DNA of 64,000 nucleotides from Alphaproteobacteria bacterium (GTDB lineage Bacteria; Pseudomonadota; Alphaproteobacteria; RF32; CAG-239): NCBI GenBank assembly GCA_015062535.1, contig SUUK01000005.1, positions 998 to 64,997 of the forward strand, read 5' to 3'. Shown piece by piece: positions 57,702 to 64,000 of this stretch (position 1 is its first letter; each line of letters starts with the position of its first letter). The notes under the pieces were generated by a model. It saw only the letters and a program-made list of their open reading frames with translations, ran no database searches and was not told where the DNA came from. The position numbers and the translations under genes were made by a program.

Positions 57702-59654
57702 TTAAGCTATTTTTGAAAATAGTTTTTGTTTGCTAATGATATCTTGTTTGGTTAGGCTTGATTTTAAGAATGGTGATGTTTCTATTAAATCAAGCGGTGT
57801 GCCGTCGCTTTCTATTTGGCCATCTTTTATTACTATCACCCTATCTGCAAGAGCTATTTCTGTTGGATTGTGTGTTACGAGTAACACTGTTTTATTTTTT
57901 GCTTTTTCTTTTAGGGTTTTCATAATCTTAAAGCTTAACACTTGGTCTAAACCAGTGGTTGGCTCATCTAATATCATGATTGGTCTATTGATTAAGAATA
58001 TACGAGCAAGAGCTAAACGTTGACGCTGACCACCTGATAATGCACATCCATCTTGACCTATTCTATGGTGTAAACCATCTTTTAGATTAGAAATATCTTC
58101 TGTTAGACCTGCAGAATCTAAAGCTTTATTTAATTCCTCAATACTTGCATTTTCTTTGAAATACTTTAAGTTATAGAGCAATGTTTGGTCAAAGAAGTGA
58201 ACGTTTTGGTCAACAAAAGCTATTTGTTTATTTATTTCTTCATCTTTTAAGGTTGTTAAATCCTTATTACCCAATTTTATCTTCCCTGCTGTTAAGTCAT
58301 AATCGTGACGGATTAGGCTCATTAGGGTTGTTTTTCCCTCCCCTGATGTGCCGGCTATTACTGTTATTTCACCAGAGTTAATTGTGGTTGAGATGCCTTT
58401 TATTACATTATTTCCACGTTCAATATTTTCTTTCTCACAAACTAAAGTTGTTACGTCTTTGATTTTTGGATATGAAAAGTGAATATCTTTTAAGGTTATA
58501 GCATTATCTTTTGATGTTAGTTTTTTAGAACCTGTTTTTCGCTCTAGCGCATGAGGGGTTACTAATTGCTTTTGGGTATCAACTATTTCATTACGATAGT
58601 CTAAAATATATTTTTTATACCACTGGATTAGCTGATAACTGCGCCATCTAAAAACAGAAGTTGCACTATAAATCAAAGCAAAACGACCAATCTCTTTTGT
58701 TTCTATAACATCGTTTAAGGCAATAATAGCAATAAATATTGCTAAAATCATATTTAAAATAAATGAAGATATATTGTTTATTTTATACTCAGCAAAAAGA
58801 ACTTTTAGAGAAATTTTAGTGTCTTTCGCCATTCTGGCTTTCATATTTTTTTCTTCTTGTTCTATTTTTATAGCATCTTGAGCAATAAAAGAATTAGCCA
58901 TTATATCTCTATTTGTTTGGCTTACTTTTATTTTAATAAGACGTTGCTTGTTTTGCCAATTTCTTAGTAAATAAGTGGCATAACCTCTAAACTCCATATA
59001 AAATAGACAAGATATTAGTGTAATGAAAAACAATTTTGGAGATACTGCTAGCACACTTGTTCCTGTTATGAAAAGTATAATTATACCCATGAACTCATCT
59101 AGTACGTCTCCTAAAAGATTTATTTTTTGGTTTGTAATTTTTTCTACCATTCCATTTAGTGATGCAGAAGAATTTACCTTAAAAAATGGGCGGGGTTTGT
59201 TTATGATTTCTACAAAACCTCTTGTTTGTTCTTTTTCATGATATTTATAACTTATTTTCCATCTAAAATAGTATCTAAGATTATTAAATACTGGCTCTAA
59301 CATTTTTGTAATGCTCAATAATGCCCAAAATACAATAAATGTTGTTATTGCATTAGGTGTATCTGATATTAGTGGAGGAAGGGCATTAAATACCAGCATC
59401 TCCATATAAGGTGTTATACCTTCTAATATTGCAGATATTGCCCCTATTGCAAACATTAAGTATACGTTCTTTTTACAGATAGAATCCATATCCTTATATA
59501 TTTGAAAAGCTAAAATAAATGGATTTATATCTTTTAGGGTGTTGGGTTTTATCCCTTTTGCAAAATTAATTATATTTTTTATATTTTGTTTTTCGTAAGC
59601 AAAAAAACTTAATGGTCGCTCATGAGAATGTGCTGACTTTTTAATATCAGTCAT
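57702..59654 (-). CDS. ABC exporter, fused TMD-NBD (paralog B)
   Basis: Same architecture as A. The N-terminal about 330 aa are only roughly 30% identical to A; the C-terminal about 285 aa are near-identical. Confidence 0.85.
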   Translation of the reverse strand: MTDIKKSAHSHERPLSFFAYEKQNIKNIINFAKGIKPNTLKDINPFILAFQIYKDMDSICKKNVYLMFAIGAISAILEGITPYMEMLVFNALPPLISDTPNAITTFIVFWALLSITKMLEPVFNNLRYYFRWKISYKYHEKEQTRGFVEIINKPRPFFKVNSSASLNGMVEKITNQKINLLGDVLDEFMGIIILFITGTSVLAVSPKLFFITLISCLFYMEFRGYATYLLRNWQNKQRLIKIKVSQTNRDIMANSFIAQDAIKIEQEEKNMKARMAKDTKISLKVLFAEYKINNISSFILNMILAIFIAIIALNDVIETKEIGRFALIYSATSVFRWRSYQLIQWYKKYILDYRNEIVDTQKQLVTPHALERKTGSKKLTSKDNAITLKDIHFSYPKIKDVTTLVCEKENIERGNNVIKGISTTINSGEITVIAGTSGEGKTTLMSLIRHDYDLTAGKIKLGNKDLTTLKDEEINKQIAFVDQNVHFFDQTLLYNLKYFKENASIEELNKALDSAGLTEDISNLKDGLHHRIGQDGCALSGGQRQRLALARIFLINRPIMILDEPTTGLDQVLSFKIMKTLKEKAKNKTVLLVTHNPTEIALADRVIVIKDGQIESDGTPLDLIETSPFLKSSLTKQDIISKQKLFSKIA

Positions 59655-59821
59655 GTAGAAAATCCTTCTTAAATTAAGTTAAACACTAAATAAAAATATG
59701 TTTGCCCGATTATTTGGGCTTATAATTTAAGAAAATAAAAATATTTGATGTTTGATATAATAAATCATTTTGTATCCTTATTAAATTTGCTCTTGTGTTA
59801 TCTCATTTAAATTTATTTAAA

Positions 59822-59928
59822 ACAATAATTATTTTTAAAATTTTGTCTATAAGTTTGCTTGACTTTTTAATAAATATGTGTATAATGAGAGTATCAAGAG
59901 GGGATAGTTCCTCTTTTTTTATTTTAAT
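59822..59928. promoter_or_regulatory. conserved ~105-bp element, copy 2 (TTGACT 59859..59864, TATAAT 59881..59886, hairpin aagagg/cctctt + T7)
   Basis: Same element as 57565..57670. Confidence 0.6.
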
Positions 59929-59962
59929 GACGGGAGAAAAAACTCTCCCGTCGTTTGTTTTT
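59929..59962. terminator. bidirectional terminator gacgggaga-aaaaac-tctcccgtc + T-run
   Basis: Perfect 9-bp stem immediately 3' of the gene 59963..61345. Confidence 0.75.
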
Positions 59963-61345
59963 CTATTTTAAGCTTTCAATTAGGCGAACAGGGTTGATGA
60001 TTGTGCCAATGCCTTTTCTAAAATCACCTGTTTTTAGCCCTAGCTCAAAAAACTCATAAGGTGTTATGCTTTCTTTTACGCTTTTTGCTAGTAAATAAAG
60101 ACCTGAAATGTAAGTTATTGCATATCTATTGGAATAATGCTCAAAAACATATTCATCCATTTTTACCTCTAGCGATACAGTTTTTGCACCACAAGGGAAG
60201 CATAGTGTATTTGGGTGATCAACTTTATATATTTTCCATTCTGAATATAGAATATAGTCGTCAGGATTTTCAACATTACCGTCTAATTTGCAATATATGA
60301 ATCCTAATCCTATTTTATTTTTTGTGGTAAAACTTATATCACCCCAATAACACCAAATACCTAAATCTTCAGCTTCTTTTATGGCGTTTAGGGTTTCTTC
60401 ATAACCTTCTATATTTTGGATATCTTCTGGAGTAAAATACCTTCCAAGATGAATAACATCTATTCCGTTTTTCCCTTCTGCAATTAGATTTTTATGAAGT
60501 TCACAAACTTTTTTGATTGCTTTGGCAAAATTTATATTTGAACCATTGGGATTTTCTTGTGTGCGCAAAAGATCCACTGCATAATAGTATGCACAAGCAT
60601 TGGGCGCTAAACCACATGTTTTACCAATAATTGACGAAAGATGCTCAGATGATTTTCCTCTTAAAAACTCTTCTCCAATTTCTTCATAACCTTTTAAATT
60701 GTTTTGATACTCAATATGATTAAATAAACCTGCCCAATTAATTATAGCTATGTTTCTTCCTTGGCCTTTTATGCCAAGTTTGTGAAGATTTTTAATGCCT
60801 AACCCTGGATTTTTGCGTGATTCTAAAAACTCCTTTGGTTTAAAACCGAGAGGCAATTTTGTTGGGTCTTCCGGCCATTTGGTATCTTCTGTATAGCGTA
60901 CTTTTAATGGGTCTATGCCTGATAGGTCATAATCTGAAACATCTAAATGCTCAAAAGACATATATTCGCGATTGTTTGGGGTAAATGTTTTCTTTTTAGA
61001 ATCATATTCTAATTGATAATCTTTTGGGTCGTTTAGTTTGTATTTGTTTTCTTCATAACCTGTTGTTATACGTCCACCATGCCACAATGTAAACGGACTA
61101 TTAAAGGTTTTATTTTTTGCAATAATTAGCGCTTCTGCAAGTTTGTGTGGTTCTTTTGAAATTAGATCGTTCCAACTATCAAAACCATATTCTTTGGCTA
61201 TTACGTGTTGAGTATTCATTAAAGATAATGAATCTCTACCATTAAAATATTTTTCACATCTTGATTTTGCTTCTGGGAGGTTTTTCTTAAAGTCTTTTAA
61301 TAGACATTTGGCTTCTACTTGAAAATATTCTATATATTTTGTCAT
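59963..61345 (-). CDS. subtilase (S8)-fold protein, apparently catalytically inactive
   Basis: Residues ~185-330 align to subtilisin. The Asp32 position is Asn in IKGQGRNIAIINWAG (versus VAVIDSG), and no GTSMAxP Ser motif is present. Confidence 0.5.
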   Translation of the reverse strand: MTKYIEYFQVEAKCLLKDFKKNLPEAKSRCEKYFNGRDSLSLMNTQHVIAKEYGFDSWNDLISKEPHKLAEALIIAKNKTFNSPFTLWHGGRITTGYEENKYKLNDPKDYQLEYDSKKKTFTPNNREYMSFEHLDVSDYDLSGIDPLKVRYTEDTKWPEDPTKLPLGFKPKEFLESRKNPGLGIKNLHKLGIKGQGRNIAIINWAGLFNHIEYQNNLKGYEEIGEEFLRGKSSEHLSSIIGKTCGLAPNACAYYYAVDLLRTQENPNGSNINFAKAIKKVCELHKNLIAEGKNGIDVIHLGRYFTPEDIQNIEGYEETLNAIKEAEDLGIWCYWGDISFTTKNKIGLGFIYCKLDGNVENPDDYILYSEWKIYKVDHPNTLCFPCGAKTVSLEVKMDEYVFEHYSNRYAITYISGLYLLAKSVKESITPYEFFELGLKTGDFRKGIGTIINPVRLIESLK

Positions 61346-61581
61346 ATCATATTCCTTTCTTTGTGACTTATCTTAACGCCTGCCCGATTAGCATTGATAA
61401 GCTACAAAAAAGAAATCTATGTAATAAAATCAATATGGCAATGTATCACTTTGGCGGACATACCGAGCGCTTGCCCCACTTATTGATGATTTTGTATCAT
61501 AAAAATGAGGCTCTGTCAATAATGTTTTTTATAAAAAAATAACCACCTAAAAATAGGTGGCTATTCGAATATTTTTTTATT
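61346..61581 (-). promoter_or_regulatory. long 5' leader/promoter region of the subtilase-like gene, containing a GC-richer segment and a terminator-like hairpin ccacctaaaaataggtgg (61546..61566)
   Basis: No credible ORF is present; the track ORF 61339..61542 (+) is likely spurious. Confidence 0.35.
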
Positions 61582-62478
61582 TTATTTACAAAGTTTGGAT
61601 TGTTGCACCGAAAGCAAAAGAGATGATAGTTCTTTTTGAGCTGGAACTATGGTCATTTGCTTTGCGTTTGTTTTTAGTTCTTCTACTTGTGAAATGTATC
61701 TTGTTTCTCCACGATTTTGCATAGAGGAAATAACATTGTCTGCCCAGTTTTCGTACTGCTGTAATTTGGGACGACTCCAAACTTTTTCACGATGTTTTAA
61801 GATAGCCATAACAGAACCTACTCTGTTCTCACCTTCTTTTGGGGTAAGGTTTACATCTTTATCACGTCCATGGATTGTGATTTTGTTATAACAACCATCG
61901 TCTTCTATTTGTTGTAGTGTTTTTAGCATTTTGCCATAGGTTTCATCATGTGCCTCTGGTGGAGTATGACGAGGCATTTCACCATTTAGGAGAGCTTCTT
62001 CGTAACGGCTGTATGTTGAAAGTTTACTTTCATAAAAATTAACAGCCATTACATGGACATTTACTTCATACCCTTTGCTATGTAAGTCTTTTATTGTTTC
62101 ACATATTTGAGGGGTGCGCATTGTGCCTTCGAATATGATATTATTACGATTTTGTATGGCTAGAGCAAAAATACGTTGTGTCCAGTCTCTTACATCTAAA
62201 TCGGTGATGGTTGCCATTTCTTCTGGATGTTTGGTGTATATTTCTTTAATTTTTGGATGATATGCACGGTATTCATCTGCATTGATTATTAGGCAATCTT
62301 TACCCTCTTCGCTGTTTATTAGTTGATTTATGAAGGTGCTTTTACCTGCACCTGGTTGTCCTCCCATAATGAAAATTTTTGGTTTTTCTTGTGGTTTTGC
62401 ACCTTTGAATACATTTTTCATTATTTCTTTTAATATTTCTTCATGTTCTTCGTGGGATAATTTATATATTTCTTCCAT
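61582..62478 (-). CDS. zeta-toxin-family P-loop kinase (PF06414-like)
   Basis: Walker A IFIMGGQPGAGKST plus FEGTMRTP...KGYEVNVHVMAV...RYEE...HTPPEAHDETYGKMLKTL, matching the zeta toxin core. SD aaggaac. No epsilon-antitoxin ORF on either side. Confidence 0.7.
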   Translation of the reverse strand: MEEIYKLSHEEHEEILKEIMKNVFKGAKPQEKPKIFIMGGQPGAGKSTFINQLINSEEGKDCLIINADEYRAYHPKIKEIYTKHPEEMATITDLDVRDWTQRIFALAIQNRNNIIFEGTMRTPQICETIKDLHSKGYEVNVHVMAVNFYESKLSTYSRYEEALLNGEMPRHTPPEAHDETYGKMLKTLQQIEDDGCYNKITIHGRDKDVNLTPKEGENRVGSVMAILKHREKVWSRPKLQQYENWADNVISSMQNRGETRYISQVEELKTNAKQMTIVPAQKELSSLLLSVQQSKLCK

Positions 62479-62587
62479 TTTTTTGTTCCTTGTTATTAAC
62501 TATAAATATATTTAGAAGATTTATTTGAATAAGACAATTAACATTTTGTATCAAGAATGTAACATTTTTGATGTGCGGAGAAAGTTT

Positions 62588-63409
62588 ATGGGGTTATTTG
62601 ATTTTCATATTCATAGTTATTTTTCGGATGGAACACTTGCTCCAAGTGAAATTGTGAAACTTGCATTAGAGCAAAATATTACAAAAATGGCTCTAACAGA
62701 CCACGACAATGTGCTTGGACTTATTGAAGCAGAAAATGAGGCAAATAAACTAGGAATTGATTTTATTAGAGGAATTGAAATATCTTCGAAAGATGATGAT
62801 TGTCCTGTTATTCATATGCTTGGATATCATATAAAAGATTTTGGAGCATTAAGAGATGTGATTGATGAGAATGCACAATCTTTAAGAGAGAGAAATGGAA
62901 GAATTATTGAATTTTTGAAAGAAAATTGTGGTATCGATATTAAGATTGATGACTTTTATAGGGCTTTTAAGGGAACTATTGGCAAAGGTAATCTTGCTCA
63001 ATATATGACTAATATGGGATACACAAAAAGTTATAGAGAATCGGAAGATTTAATGCGACCATATAAGGCCGGCGCTTATGGTGTTGACGTTAAAAAGGCT
63101 ATTAAAGCTATTTGTAATGCTGGCGGAATGGCTTTTTTGGCACATCCTTATAATTTGAAAAAAGATGATGATGTTTTGTTAGAAAAAATAAAAGAATTTA
63201 TGGGATTTGGACTTAAAGGAATTGAATGTTTCCACTCCAATCACACTGATGAACAAACGAATTTATATATAAAATATGCTAAAATGCTAAATCTTAAAAT
63301 TAGCGGTGGAAGTGATTTTCATGGTGATTTTAAGCCAAATGTAAAGTTAGGATATGGCAAAGGTGTTGAGCCTTTGATAAAAAATGAGATTATTTCTATT
63401 GATGAATAA
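62588..63409 (+). CDS. PHP-domain metal-dependent phosphoesterase (TrpH/YciV-like)
   Basis: N-terminal FDFHIHSYFSDGTLAP...MALTDHD PHP motifs. Start set at the internal Met with SD ggaga; the track start is at 62525. Confidence 0.8.
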   Translation: MGLFDFHIHSYFSDGTLAPSEIVKLALEQNITKMALTDHDNVLGLIEAENEANKLGIDFIRGIEISSKDDDCPVIHMLGYHIKDFGALRDVIDENAQSLRERNGRIIEFLKENCGIDIKIDDFYRAFKGTIGKGNLAQYMTNMGYTKSYRESEDLMRPYKAGAYGVDVKKAIKAICNAGGMAFLAHPYNLKKDDDVLLEKIKEFMGFGLKGIECFHSNHTDEQTNLYIKYAKMLNLKISGGSDFHGDFKPNVKLGYGKGVEPLIKNEIISIDE

Positions 63410-63410
63410 A

Positions 63411-63441
63411 AAATAACCACCGCAAGGGTGGTTACTCATAA
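63411..63441. terminator. bidirectional terminator aaaaataaccacc-gcaag-ggtggttac
   Basis: 7-bp stem between the PHP gene (+) and infC (-). Confidence 0.65.
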
Positions 63442-63462
63442 ATGGTGAACAATACCAATTTA

Positions 63463-64000
63463 TTATGCAGGAGAAACAATCATAAACACTTGTTTGCCTT
63501 CTGCTTTTGGTGCGGCATCTACCTTGCACAAACCTTCTAAATCTTCTATTAGTTTATTTAAGATTTCTTTACCCATGTCATTTGCAGACATTTCACGTCC
63601 TTTATAACGCATGGTGAACTTTACCTTATCGCCTTGACTTAGGAACTTTTTAGCTTGTTTAAGCTTTACTTCGTAGTCGTGCGCTTCAATCATTGGGCGG
63701 AGTTTTAGCTCTTTAATACTAACCACTTTTTGATTTTTCTTAGCTTCGTTCTTTTTCTTTTGCATCTCATATTTGTACTTACCATAATCTAGCACTTTAC
63801 AAACTGGGGGATTTACTTGTGGAGAGATTTCTATCAAATCAAGACCAACTTCTTCTGCTATTTTGAGGGCTTCATGTGTGGAAACAACACCCAAATTCTC
63901 TCCGTTATAGTTAATTAAACGAACTTCTTTTGCTTTTATTTCTCTGTTTATGCGTGGTCCGTCAGCTTCACGTACTGGCGCATTAGTATTTTCTGTAGCT
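63463..64000 (-). CDS. infC: translation initiation factor IF-3 (5' end beyond window)
   Basis: IF3 C-domain and linker. The reading frame continues upstream (...INREIKAKEVRLINYNGENLGVVSTHEAL) to the window edge. Confidence 0.85.
   Translation of the reverse strand, partial: ATENTNAPVREADGPRINREIKAKEVRLINYNGENLGVVSTHEALKIAEEVGLDLIEISPQVNPPVCKVLDYGKYKYEMQKKKNEAKKNQKVVSIKELKLRPMIEAHDYEVKLKQAKKFLSQGDKVKFTMRYKGREMSANDMGKEILNKLIEDLEGLCKVDAAPKAEGKQVFMIVSPA

Noticed and set aside
55488-59654. Reading the ABC pair as a type I secretion system.
   Set aside because: No HlyD/MFP adaptor gene and no C39 peptidase or GG-leader substrate adjacent. TolC is 7 kb away in a separate context. Kept as a generic exporter pair.
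61339-61542. 67-aa plus-strand ORF between the subtilase-like and zeta genes.
   Set aside because: It is antisense to the neighbouring genes' leader, has no RBS, and its sequence is dominated by the AT-rich leader composition.
9039-62515. Numerous 60-120-aa ORFs inside or antisense to larger conserved genes (e.g. 9039..9236, 15209..15556, 26224..26514, 31770..31976, 50685..51293, 57730..58023).
   Set aside because: All are fully nested within well-supported longer CDS on the same or opposite strand, without independent start signals. The nested ORFs within the ABC genes are duplicated only because the host genes are.

Overview
AT-rich (about 32-34% GC) proteobacterial chromosome segment with the look of an obligate intracellular or host-associated organism; no transposase or IS element is visible. 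The first 8.7 kb is a tandem array of at least 10 paralogous ankyrin-repeat (ANK) genes. They share an about 45-aa N-terminal module and one of three alternative C-terminal tails. Between them sit conserved promoter/hairpin/iteron spacer cassettes, and there are clear signs of gene conversion. A PilT/DotB-family ATPase gene converges on the array. The middle of the window is conserved housekeeping synteny: murA, MoxR plus a DUF58 protein, uvrD/pcrA, gatCAB, yajC-secDF, sufB, plsY-dprA-topA, pyrH-frr-uppS-cdsA-rseP-bamA-lpxD-fabZ, a sufS-sufT-sufE operon carrying a degenerate sucCD pair and comF, tolC, glgP and fba, plus tRNA-Gly(GCC) and tRNA-Ser(GCT). The 3' 9 kb looks accessory. It holds two tandem ABC exporter paralogs with about 95% identical 3' halves, each behind a conserved about 105-bp element. 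Next come a subtilase-fold protein that appears catalytically dead, an orphan zeta-toxin-family P-loop protein and a PHP phosphoesterase, and the window ends inside infC. Many Rho-independent terminators and several small unannotated ORFs are listed.
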